From the NCBI GenBank assembly GCA_051294905.1, contig CM119375.1:992001-1056000 (forward strand): a stretch of DNA of 64,000 nt. Direction: 5' to 3'. The position numbers and the translations under genes were made by a program. Origin of the DNA: Botryllus schlosseri (Eukaryota). Under the pieces are notes generated by a model, which ran no database searches, had not been told where the DNA came from, and saw nothing but the letters and a program-made list of their open reading frames with translations. This document shows, in pieces, positions 1-12,500 of the stretch (positions within the stretch are counted from its first letter, which is position 1; each line of letters begins with the position of its first letter).

Positions 1-562
1 TTTTAAAACCGTGAGTTGAACCTGACTTGAACTCGATAATGAACACTGAACAGTGAACACTATGACTTGGACTCGGACTCGAGCACTGATTCTATAACTC
101 TGACTTGAAGCTTTGCTCCGTTGGACTCGGAGCCGAATTGAAAATGACTCAACTTGACTCGAGGCACGACTATAAAAGTAAGATTGACTCGTGACTCGGA
201 ACCTTGTAACTTGGTTAAAACTCTGGTACATCCTATATTGACTACTTCGTAGACTCATACTATCGACTGTTACAATGTTTCCAATCGATACTCGTACAGT
301 ATGCTACTGTATATTCATTCGGCCAATACTTGAGGTGAACCGTCGTCGTAATTCTATTTTATCTGTATATTCGTTAAAGCTGCCAGACAACGCGCGTGGA
401 AGAGTTGTGTCCGACGTCATTGCTTAGTTACGTAGGCCTATATTACTTAAGTCACAACTTAAGGAAATTCAGGCTTGCGGTCACTGCAAGTTATCAAACA
501 ACAGCACGATGCCATACGGCACCTTCCGAGTGAAATGATTTTGGTAACGCACACCTCTCACC

Positions 563-1451
563 CAGACTTGGACAACTAGATAATTCTAGTTGTCTAATTT
601 TACTAAATTACAGCGAAATGCAAGTAATCTAATTCTAATCTAATTTGTGAAATGCTTCGATGCTATAATTCTAATTATAATCTAATTTGTGACATGCTCC
701 TATGTTCTAATTTTAATTCTAATCTAAATTCTAAATTGCAGCGAGTTGACAAGAATATCCCTGCCGCGCAGGAAAATCCAGTGCCAAGCAACCAGGTCAT
801 TACTTACACCGTACAATCATAGCAGTAACGAATAATAGCCATGCGTTAGTACAACGCCGAAGCCGTTTCAGCTAGTGCGGAATAGTGCTGTTTGGTACAG
901 TCGAATAGCTTCTTTTGAAAAAACAACAATAATTTGAAACTGAAATCAATTTCAGAATTTAAAAATGCTTTACTTCGCGTTTTTCCAACATCACAAATCT
1001 GATCGCCGGCGGCATGTGGCCCGCGTCTTGGTGAGTGCAAAACGAGCTTGGTGTACACTGTACAGACGGTAACGATTTTCATAGTTATAGGGACGCACTG
1101 TGATTTGATATGAACTGAATTTGATTTTTCCGTATTTATTTCTCATTCACGATTTCATTCAATCTCCAAGTTTTTTGCGAATTCAGTGATTCTAATTTTA
1201 ACCTAATTTGGAAAAAGCTGTGTAGCTTTAATTCTAATTTTAATCTAATTTGGAATAATTGTGTAACTCTAATCCTAATTCTGATCTAGTTTGGAAAAAT
1301 TGTGTAGCTTTAATTCTAATTCTAATCTAATTTGGAAAAATTGTGTAACTCCAATTCTAATTCTAATCTAATTTGGAAAAAACTGCGTAGCTCTAATTCT
1401 AGTTCTAATCTAATTTGGTAAAGCTAAAAATTTTCTAGTTGTCCAAGTCTG
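563..1451. mobile_element. hAT-type MITE, CTAAT-repeat family
   Basis: TIR CAGACTTGGACAACTAGA / TCTAGTTGTCCAAGTCTG; 8-bp TSD CTCTCACC at 555-562 and 1452-1459; internal CTAATTCTAATCTAATTTG arrays. Confidence 0.9.
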
Positions 1452-1458
1452 CTCTCAC

Positions 1459-4400
1459 CCGAGTTGTGATGCGACTTTGGCGCATTTCCGGACAGCGTCC
1501 AATCTCTGGCTGTAATCTCCGTCTAGGATGTTTGATGATCCTTCCAGGGACGGCAAAGAGTCGTTCCAAACGTACGACCAGCATCCCAAGTCCATCAAAT
1601 GGAAATAATCAATTGCCGCTGCTGGAAATGCGATCACGATGAGTGACAGGAAGACGCTATAGGGCTTAGCACAATCATTAGATTACTCGAATCTGAATCG
1701 AGTAGTAATTCTAAAGATTCGAGTCAAGTACTGGAATTATGAGCCTCTTGCCACGAACAGTTTTATATCATCAACGAAAATTATCGTTTCCACTGTAGAA
1801 GCCTTGAAACAGCGATTGGTTATATTCAATTCAATTCAATTTATTGCTACAATTTTCATCATTTCAGTACACCACAAGACTGCGATACAATGAAAGATAG
1901 GAAGGTGTCGACCCGACTTGGAGTAGTCATAGGACGCATTTAGTACAGATTAAGCTACGCACGTTATTGCATTGAGATGACATTTCTGTGAAGTCGTGAT
2001 CAATCCGCAACATTTTGACAAAATGCAACGAAATTACCATGCATGGTAGAAAACACCAAATTATATTCAGTGTGATGTAGAACTACCAGTGTACGCGAAT
2101 ACTCGATCCGAAGCCCAATACTCGATTCAGAATCGAATCATTCGAGCACTCTACTGTGCCTAGCCAGCCGCAATCAACTCACGTCGTGGATTCGGAACTT
2201 TTCGCAAAGTTTCGCGATTTCTCGGCTCGGTCACGACTTGAGATTCTCTTCTGTGCTGAATCGTGACTCTCGGCCTGGCAGTCCAAGATAAAGTTCGCCT
2301 TACCACAACCGGGTCCACTATCCATGGCAGAGTGCTTGCCGGTGTGGTTGCGATCGTAGTTGTAGAGCTAGTTGTGCTTGGCTCGGGTGATGTAGTTGAT
2401 GATGTAGGCAGAGGTGGAGGCGGGAATCCTAAAGAAGGAAAATCCAGTCACTCTATAGTTTGCGAAACTTGAGAAAGAAAGAGAATATTTATTTGTCAAC
2501 CGTACTTATTCAATTACACATCAAAAATCAATTCGGTGAAATGCGATACACAGAAAAGCAAGGTATGAACGGAAAGATCGATATAACAGGATTCCTCAAA
2601 GTCAAGCCATCCACGACGGGTGCATCATATAATACAGAACTCGTTTCCCTAACCACTTTTAGTTTAACTAAATGTAAAAATAAAAAATGAAAATGGAACA
2701 GAAAAAAAACATAAATAAATAAGAAATTAAATGATAAAAATAAGGGTCATTAAGTCCGAAATGTTATGATCGTTAAATCTTACTTGTGTCTGAATATCGA
2801 ATCTCATAAACTTGTATTGACGATGCAGTGCCCTTTCCCGTATGACTGCACAATGGCTTTCGTCTGGTGGCTATGGCAACAGCCTCGATGTCGTCCACGA
2901 CCATGCATTTTCCACCATCCAACATAGCCATCGTTCGATAGCTAATGTAGCGCATAGCAATTAATAAACACGCATTTTAGACTGAATCACAAGTAATCAA
3001 CTAGGAGACTAAATTCATAAAGAAAGGGTATAGGTGGTCCGTGAAAACAAGACCTACACTTCAGAATTCGGAAACCCCGTGTTAGGGGAGCTGACAAATC
3101 TCTGACAAATCCCACCCTGAATCAGCGACTCCCTTGGCACATTTCGTGATGGCGTTCGTCCTGCTCCTGTAATGTCCGTCCAATTCATCCAGCAAGCCTT
3201 CCATGGATCGGACCCCCCTGGGGGGTAAACTCCAACACCCGATGTCGCTCAGTACGAACTCTGCAACGGGTTAAATATCAGTTCAGATTATGAGAATGAG
3301 AATCGTTATTGGTCAGCCGTACAAATCGATAGCATATATACACAGCAAAATAAAATTCTATGAAATGCAATACGCAAATATGCAAGGTAACGCTCGGCAA
3401 CTGAGTTATCAACGACCGAGGAAGGAACAATAACATCTCACCGTGGGTGCCTCCAGTCGCGTCATCCGTTCTGGGAGTGACTTGGTCCTCGAAAATGAAC
3501 GAAGGTCGCAAGTTTGAAGGTCCTCGAGAGATGTGAGCTGGAGCGACATCGATCGAAATTAGTATTCGCAACCGCAAACAGTATAGTTTCAGTTTATCAG
3601 TAAATGGTATTATCCCTTCAAAAACACCACAAGATTGCGAAACAATTAAAAGCTGGGAAAGTGTCGAAACGAATTGGAGTATAGTCTATGAAATCAACAG
3701 TGTTGGGATGACTCGAGTCACATTTTTCGTATGACTTGACTTGACCCGAGTCACTTTGCAAAAATTACTAAATTTGTCTTGACTACACGCTTCAAAAATG
3801 TAGATTGACTCGTGACTCGCAGCAAAACTAACGAGTCAATCAGAGTCGTCAAGTAATCGGTATCGATAAAAATCGCTGTATCTTTCATATGTTCGGATTA
3901 TTCTCGACCTGACTTGACATGAATTCTGACTTGACTCGTTACTGGCTTGACTTGACTCGACCCGACTCGACTTGACTCGACTTGACTCGACTTGACTCGA
4001 CTTGACTCGACTTGACTCGACGTGGCTCGACTTGACTCGACTTGACTCGACTTGACTCGACTTGACTCGACTTGACTCGAGTCACCTCCAAATTTCGAGT
4101 GACTGGACTTGCTTCGAGTCACAGTACAATGACTCGAGATGACTCGAAAGTAGTGGCTTGATCCCAACACTGGAAATCAGGCACCCGCCTTTGTCTAGCA
4201 CAGTGGCTCTGGTTTTCAAAATTAATTAGACACGCCCCCTTTTATGATAGTGAAAAATTTCGCGCCTCCCTTATCGTCACAGAATGCAACCAGAATGCTA
4301 GCAATCCCAGCGGATAGTTTGATGTCATGGATGGTTATGATTGGTCATGAGAGAATTCTCAAACATGAAATTCGGACATACACAGAGCTAAAAAAACATA

Positions 4401-5801
4401 AATTGGGATAAATCGCGCGAAGCGCGAAAAAAATATTCAGTTTACCGCAGCTTCGCGCCCCCCTTCAGATGCTTCCACGCCCGCCAGTTTGTGAACCACC
4501 GGTTCACTGGATGGCACATTCAATGACAGACAATTTATTGCTTCGCCAAAAATAAAACACTAGAGGTCGTCAAAGTAGTCGCCATCGGTACTCAAGAAGA
4601 AGTAGAAATAACGCCGCAAATTTCTATTCAAGCACCGAGAAAAAATAAGTATTTTCGGTCGTATTTTGAGAAAATGACTCGAGTCAAGTCGACACACCAA
4701 AATTTCGCGACTGGAGTCAATACTAACCTGAACAGCATGCGCTGACTAGTTTTTATTTAATAAACTAACAAAAAAACACGTCACCCACGTCGACTGGAGG
4801 CTTTGATTTCGTAAACTTGATTCGCTCTCAAACCCCCGCGCCCGTTCGCCGCGCATTCTTCCGCCCGTCCCAGCCGCGAGTATTTGAAGATCGCGTTGCT
4901 CGATGACCCGCACCAGCCGCCGTTTTGCAACACGAACGCCCGGTAACCTGGAAACGCAGTCGGACAACTAGAAAATTTTCATCCTATCCTGAATATATTT
5001 GAATTATAGAATAACATATATGCGCAGGTTTTTCAAAATTAAATTAGAATTGGAATTGCGAGATTCGTAAAAACTTGGTAATTGTATTCAATTCCTAATT
5101 AGAAAGAAATAAAGCAAAAATACATGGTTCAATCCACATCGTAACAAATCATATTTCATTCTCACAATAAGTCCGAGAATGGTAAATGCCTTATTGGTCA
5201 GTATACATAAAGCTTGCGTCGTTTCGCACTAGAGATCTCCTGTAGCATTTGCAGGAAAACCAGAAATGGGATGAGAATTAAAATAATTGTATAGAAACAT
5301 TTCACGAATATGATTAAGAATTAGATTATTATTGGTATTTCGATCTAATTGCAGCCTATATAGAAAACTAGAATTATCCAGTTGTGCAAGTCTGCTCCGA
5401 TAACCCACCTCGTTCCCAAGCGGCTCTGGCGCATTTCTGGATAGCGTTCTTTCTCGCGGGATAATTGCCATCCAGATGAGAGCTCTTTCCTTCCAATCCC
5501 GGGACGAGACGGAATCTGCCGTCACGCCAGCAACCCAAGTTCTTCAGCGTTATGTCTGAGCGAAAATATCACGTTATGCCAATAGTATATATACAATGTA
5601 TATATAGGCGAAGCAATATGATTAGATGTACCGTCACGGCAATGACCGAGATGATAATTATATTTGCTGGACTACTAGCAAACATAACCATTGACCATGC
5701 ATAGATAGTTAAGAGATCAACTTACAGCCTTCACCTGGCGTTCCGGCTGAGCAACAGATGCTGATCATACAAAATTGAAGAGTGAACGCGAAGAAACGCA
5801 T
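1459..5801 (-). CDS. Secreted protein: signal peptide, three WSC-like Cys domains and a Ser/Thr/Pro-rich linker; 3' part not found in the window
   Basis: Phase-consistent GT-AG exons 5801-5726 (MRFFAFTLQFCMISICCSA, signal-like), 5555-5409, 4947-4789, 3537-3442, 3260-3116, 2941-2784, 2428-2183 (PPPPLPTSSTTSPEPSTTSSTTT), 1621-1459. Repeated motif [L/I]GCW..(S/G)[L/M]EG..LDG.Y..R..A[I/V].KCA / GY..F.LQNGG.C..C..G.G....QVY resembles WSC-like modules of invertebrate extracellular proteins (recognised from memory). Confidence 0.8.
3698..4172. mobile_element. hAT MITE (GACTCGAGTC-repeat family, CAGTGTTGGGA TIR)
   Basis: TIR CAGTGTTGGGAT / ATCCCAACACTG; TSD GAAATCAA / GAAATCAG; sister copy at 50871-51812. 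Confidence 0.88.
3945..4085. repeat. Tandem array of the 10-bp unit TTGACTCGAC inside the MITE
   Basis: About 13 near-perfect units; explains the SSQVESSRVK pseudo-ORF at 3898-4170. Confidence 0.95.
4957..5394. mobile_element. CTAAT-family MITE filling almost an entire intron
   Basis: Degenerate TIRs CAGTCGGACAACTAGA and CCAGTTGTGCAAGTCTG; reverse-oriented repeats; TSD not readable. Confidence 0.7.
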
Positions 5802-6398
5802 CTTCTCGTAATCATAAAATCGTGCCCTGCACACGACGGATGAACAAACAAATTACCACCTCGCGAAAGTCCATAGAACGAAAATAGCCGAGTGCCCAGC
5901 AAATTATTTCAAGTCAATAACACCCACTGTCCGGTCCGATTGATTGAATGACGCAATCGAATGATCCAACAACTTCCGCGACTGAAAGTCGATCGAACTA
6001 AGTAAATCGCGAGTTTCCAAAACCCGCGAAATTCCTCTCGACGATTCCACACCAAGTTATCATTACAACCAGCAGTTTTTAAACACATATCGAATATCAT
6101 TGGAGGCGGAGTTGCCAACTGCGGGAAGGCTTTCGCTGGCAAACTCTAGTATGCCTTATTCGAAATATCCTTGTATATATTAGGAGTAAGTTTGAACAGG
6201 CCAATTAAGCTTGGATTATCGTGTATTTCGATTTTCACCCGTTTACCACCCCTGATATACGGGTGTGAATATACAGTATAGGCCTATACACGATACCTGA
6301 ACCTACCTCAGACTTACACCACAGTAGGCCTATATATCGAGTACAACATTTTAATCCAAATTATGCATGCAAATAGAAACGTAGGAAGGTATATAGGC

Positions 6399-6834
6399 TA
6401 GGGCTCTTCAAAAATGACTTTTTTTCTCCAATCGTACTGGTTATTGCCGTCGAAAATTTGGATTTGAATAAAATAGTATTTACGGTGACCGATTCTTTGT
6501 TTGTTTATTATTGTTGTGCTCACCGTAAATACTATTTTATTCAAATCCAAATTTTCGACGGCAATAACCCCGCTTCCACTGGTTGGGATTGAACCAAATT
6601 TGCCGAGCATCGTTTCTATAGACAGCCTAACACTTTCATGGGGTGAACAGAAAATTTTCAAATTTTTTATTATTTATTTTTAAATAATAAATAGAAAATT
6701 TCTTCTCCTGTAGCGAAGCGGTTACTGGCTGGAATTGAACCAAATTTTGTGTGTAGGCTTAAATTAGGTAACCTAACAATTTTATCAAGTAGCCAGTACG
6801 ATTTGAGAAGAAAAGTCATTTTTGAAGAGCCCTA
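6399..6834. mobile_element. Palindromic hAT MITE (TAGGGCTCTTC family)
   Basis: TIR TAGGGCTCTTCAAAAATGACTTTT; TSD ATATAGGC on both sides; perfect 48-bp inner stem 6441-6488 / 6520-6567. Confidence 0.92.
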
Positions 6835-8876
6835 ATATAGGCACGTTATAGGCACATATGATTTATGAGCGCGATAGATAATTCTGAGTTAGGGTCTGTT
6901 TTCGTGCATACAACCCTTTTGGCCCCTTTGGGTGTGATTTAGACTCTTTTCACTGAGAGTGTATGGTCATCAAAGACGAACTTTTTGTTCTGTAGATCAG
7001 CAAGCTTGCGGCACCACGAATTAGATATAAAACTTAACGATCTATTAGAATTATACGTTAGATCCAGAGTTAATACGTCCATAAGAACGGAAACGCATAT
7101 CTATAGTATTGAATGATGAATGTTGAATGCTAATTGACACGGGTTTTGCAACGGGGAGCAGATAAAGTGACGCGTCGCGTAACCTGGCAATTCGACATAA
7201 CGCAATTATCTATGTGACACGAGACATCTCAGAGGAGATAGCGTAGCGGTGAGCGTCGGAGGTTTTTCTGGGCTCTTCGTGCCCCGGGTCGCTGTTCTTG
7301 CGGCGAAAAAAAGTTTAAGAGACCGCAACTGGTGGTTTCGGCATCCTCTCCTTTCTGTTCGTTACATCGCATTGTATATCGCATTGTACTTTGCTTTGCT
7401 TTACTTCTGCAGATCAAAATATAATCTGACGATTACGATTACACCAATGTGTTTACTATAATTTGATTTCAAACAATCTCAAATACTCCCCACCTACTGT
7501 ATACTACCAGTACAATATAACTTGATCTAATGCGTTGAAAACAATTTACATTGTGATCGTTGATGAAAGTAGAACGTGCCAGAAATGTGCCAATTTGCCA
7601 CACAGGTTGGCAGTACGGTTGATGATCATTCCGCTACGCTCGATTTTCCGTTTATCTGGATTCCGCTTTAAGCATATCATGTCAGTATCAGAGTTGGCCA
7701 TGAAATGATATCGATCGTCCATCTTACTCAAATTCCCATAATTGACTTCTCCGCTGTTTACGTTGTTTCGAAATAACTTACGAAATATCCGTATCCCGCT
7801 GATTTCGATTGAAGTGCGGTAAGTAGTAATCAATGGATTGGGCAATCATCCACCAAATTTATTCCAACTCGCATGGTTGTTTTTTCCGCTGCTCAGAAAT
7901 ATCTCCCGCTACGGTCCATATTCTTCCTATTCAGATTCTGCTCTCTGCATATTATGTCGGCAGTCGATGGGTAATCTACCGACAAATCGACCTGTATCTA
8001 ACTAGCATGGCTGACTTTCCCGCGATTCTCCGCCATCCGCTTATGCAGATGCCGATTGCAACTTATTATGACCGTAGTAATATAGATAACTAACCTACGG
8101 ACAGGCCTTTTTAATTTTTAATTAGCCCGGAAGTCTATATTTTTCGCTATTTCCTGATTTTATAGCTGCTATGGGCCTGCCGCGTATGCACATTGCGCAT
8201 ACCAAGGTGAATGAACGAGATTTCTGCTTTTCCGCCTTTTAGGAATCAGCACTTTTGGCTCTTTCCACTGTCTCCGTTGTTTTCGATATTCAGAATCCGT
8301 GTTCCGCTATTTCGGCTTTCCCGTCTTTTAGTGCTGCACTTGGCGCAACAAGTGCATAACACACTACACGCGACAATGGTCGTGAGAATTTAATGACATC
8401 ATATTTTATGATTGCATCGCTGACATGGCCAATTTATATCAACGAATCCAGGTTCCAGGTTGACAGGGCTGCTGCTACTCACTGATTATAGTACTTAATT
8501 ATACATATATGGGTATAGGGCGTAGGGCTGGTCCAAATCGAGTACGTGAGTAATTCGATAGACGTGTCGGGTCGAGTAGATATCGCCCATCATGACGTCA
8601 CAACAGTATGAAACATGTGCGAAGTTCAATTATGTACTTTTTATGTGATTATACAATGCAAGTCCTGTATCACAATACAGGCAACAGACAATGCCGTGGG
8701 GTGGGTTGATCTCGGCTTCATAAATGTGTCAGTGACAGTTCCACTAACACGCTCAGGCCTACAGTTCTACAGTAAAATTATAGTATCCGTATAATATATA
8801 GTATATAGTAATATATATAGTATCAGACACCCACCTGGTAGAAAGAAGCCATGCACACTGACCTCCACAGTGACCT

Positions 8877-9127
8877 GTATGGAATCGGTGTCCTGTGCCT
8901 ACAGTTTTATTTTTTAATTATTTTTTATTAAATTACTTTACCTTGCCTATGTATGGGATCGGTGTCCTGTCCTCACACCATGTTCTATTTTGTAATTATT
9001 TTTTATTAAATTACTTCAACTTGGAAAATCATAGCTGCTCACCTGATAAATCAGGCAAAAAAGCCAGCGATTTCAATCAGGTTACCTTGGAGGATCATGC
9101 CTGCTCACCTGACATATCAGGCAAAAC
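8877..9127. repeat. Two adjacent local duplications of about 70 bp
   Basis: GTATGG[A/G]ATCGGTGTCCTGT...TTATTAAATTACTT twice, then GATCAT..CTGCTCACCTGA.A.ATCAGGCAAAA-like unit twice. Confidence 0.7.
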
Positions 9128-9575
9128 GTACCGAGATTCCAGTAGGGCACACTGAATGAAAAGTAAAAGATAATATACTGGTGACAAAAAGAGAGGGCAT
9201 GTTTCGTTAGGCGAGATAGATATGTCAGGTCGTGGCTCGGTAAATTTGAGGGCTGACTAATATTGACATGACATTTCAGTTCTCGAATCAGTGTGGCTCA
9301 AACTATCATAGATTTAATTTTTTCATCCAAACTGTCTCAGTCGCTTTGAATCGGCTGTAAGACATATAACTAAAATCTGACCCAGACCTACATGGGATAC
9401 CGACCGCCCCGGTAGATTTCAAGATGCCAAGCCTATTGTTCACCTCTAGCGTCCAAGAACAAACTTGAAAACAGTTTTATTCCCGCTTTCCAGCTCAATA
9501 GAACCGGAACAATACTTGCCTAATTATTACATCGTCATTATCTCATGTCTGCATCTTCGTAACATACCTGCAACA

Positions 9576-12500
9576 ATGGCTTCTGCGAGGAAAGAAAATG
9601 AATCTGAGTGTCGACCCACAATGAATTCTTTGCTCTTTGATGAAGCTATCAAGCAAAAGATATCGAAGGCCTTTAAAGCAGGCGCTGAATATTCGGGTAA
9701 GACCATTTACACGAGGAGATTAGAGTTGGAAACGGTTGAAAGCCAGAACTGGATGTTACTGACAATATATGGTTATTGTTGATTAATAACTTTATTTCAC
9801 ATTTTAATGGCGACTTGATAAAATTGTTAAGTTGCCTAAAAAGCGATGCATACCAATTTTGGCTCAATTCCAGCCTTTAGAAGCATTGCTATAAGAAGAT
9901 CAAGTTTTAGATTTATTGAATAAAAATGAGAATAAAATTGAGAATACTTTTCAAAATTTAATAGCATCCCCATGGAATCGTTAGGTTGCCTGAGAACGCT
10001 ACATACCAAATTTGGCTAACTCCAACCAGTGGAAACGAGTATTTCAGCAGAAAATGTTGAATTTGAAAAATAATGTCACCGGATGTCAAATTCTTTGATT
10101 ATTTACGATAGTCCCACCCACCGTAAATACTCTTTTTTCAAATCCAAAATTTTCTGCCACGACAACTTTGCTTAAACTGGTTGGAATTGCAATAAATTTT
10201 ATATATACATCGATTTTCTTAACAACCTAATATGATATTTATTTTTATTTCATAAATTAAAAAAATTTTCCTTTTCTATCAATGCTTCTATAAGGCTGGA
10301 ATTGGGCCAAAATAAGCGTGAAGCTCTTTTAGGCAACCTAACAATTTTATGAAGAAGCCAGTCAAATTTGAAAAATTATATTTTTCGAACAACCTTCATT
10401 TTTACATCTCTTCCTAAATTTGCTATCAAAAATTAACAAAAAATGTTCCAAAAATACTTATATCAAATTTTTTACTGGTTGTAATGCAGCTAGGCTAGCC
10501 TTAAAGTGCGTGTATTGTCAATGGTTATTATTTAGCCTTTCAATTCCTAGATGCCACTGTGACCGTGTCTAGTCGGCCATTCACCCACTGTGTCGTGAAG
10601 AATTTCATATCCGATCGCGTTGAAGATAAAGGTTTGTATGCTAATATATTGATATCAAAACGAGCCCGGATGAATATGCTCCTGAAAATGCTACAGAAGA
10701 ACTATATTGTGCAAATTGAGACAAGCTTGATGTACAGACGTTTGCCATTCTCTTGCGTGTGAGTGTTTGACAATGATTTGATATGAACTGAATTTGATTT
10801 TCTTTTTATTTATTTCTAATTCCAAATATAATTCAATATCCCAAGTTTTGCGAATTCATCAATTCTACTTCTAATGTAAGTTGAAAAATCTCTGTAGCTA
10901 TCATTCTAATTCTAATCTAATTTGAAAAAGCTGGAGTTTTTCCGGTGCTGCAACTCTGACTGGTTGTATTTGTAGGAGAGTTTCTACGTTTGTTGAAGCT
11001 GGAGCTATCTCAGCAAGATTCCAATATCAAGTCGAACGATCTTTACAAATTTTCTCAGAGCGACGAACTGATGCTACCGTCTAAAGGTGCGTGTAATTTT
11101 AATGCTTGTTGCGTGAAAATCGTTACATTTTGTGTGGCTTGTTCAGATCACGGGCCGACTAAGAATCGAAAGCATTTGAATCCTTTGTGCTCGCTTTTTC
11201 GGAACGCCTTGTTGCCATGGATGCGGGAAATTACGTGCGCGGATCTAAACGACTCTATTGACATGTTCTATGCGCAATACAAATATACGGGTTGGTCTCT
11301 TCGGCAGATTTTTACAACTTGATAATTCTTGTTTAGTAATTAGACCAATTATAGTGAAATGCTGATAGATTAATCATGAATTAATAATGTGAAATGTTTC
11401 TATACTGTCATTTTAATTTTAATCTAATTTGTGAAGTGATGCTATGCTTTCATTTTAATTGTAATCTATTTTGTGAACTGTTCTGTTTTTATTCTCTCAT
11501 TTTAGTCGTAATCTAATTTGTGAACAGATGCTGTGCTCTCATGCCAATTCTAATCTAATTCTTGAACTGTTTCTGTCAGACTTCGACAACTGGATAATTA
11601 TCTAGTTGTCTAATTTCACTAAATTAGAGCGAAATTCCAGTAATCTGATTTCAATTTAATTGGAGAAATGTTTCTATGCTCTAATTCTAACTCTAATCTA
11701 ATATGGAAAAAATTGTGTAGCTCTAATTCTGATTTTAATTGAATTTGGAAAAAGCTGTGTGCCTCTAATTCTAGTTCTGATCGAATTTGGAAAAACTTGT
11801 TCTAATTCTAGTTCTAATCTAATTTGAAAAAACTTGTGTAGTTCTAATTCTAGTTCGAATTTGGAAAAACTTGTGTAGTTGAACTACAGTAGTTCTAATT
11901 CTAGTTCTAATCTAATTTGAAAAAACTTGTGTAGTTCTAATTCTAGTTCGAATTTGGAAAAACTTTAGTTCTAATTCTTATCCTAATCTAATTAGTAAAA
12001 GCTGAAAAATTTCTAATGGTCCAAGTCTGGTTTCTATGCTCACATTTTAATTGTAATCTAATTTCTGGTGATGACACTTGATGCATTTCTTTCTGAAACT
12101 AATAATCGAATTCAATTTCCTAGATTTCACCTATTCGGTAATTCTAAATCTAATTTGGAAAAAGAGGGAAACGTTCAAGTTGTCGAACTTAGCTCCTTTT
12201 TAGTTGATGTGTCTACTTTGCTGTTATTTATTTTTATCGCAGACGTTCTGCTTTGTCACGACGATGAATTGGAGGACCGACGGATCGCTTACATTTTGTA
12301 TTTGTCGGAAGATTGGAAGGAGAAAGACGGCGGTTCTCTCGATCTCTTTTCAGTGGATGGTTTGTCAATCGAAGACAACTTTGTGCTCGTCTTATCAAAC
12401 AGCAGTGTTTTTTTTCAGAAAACGGGGATCCCGCAGAAATTGTAAAATCTCTCGTCCCCTGTTTCAACTCGCTTGTTTTCTTTGAGGTTTCGCCGGTTTC

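Noticed and set aside
846-1082. 78-aa minus ORF as the missing half of WSC domain 3
   Set aside because: Lacks the GY/LQNGG/C/QVY motifs and a phase-2 acceptor; lies inside a MITE.
3898-4170. ORF with SSQVESSRVK repeats
   Set aside because: Translation of the 10-bp tandem array inside a TIR/TSD-bounded MITE.
7546-7845. 99-aa minus ORF
   Set aside because: TTG start, no recognisable motif and no supported splice partners; kept only as a candidate for a BLAST check.
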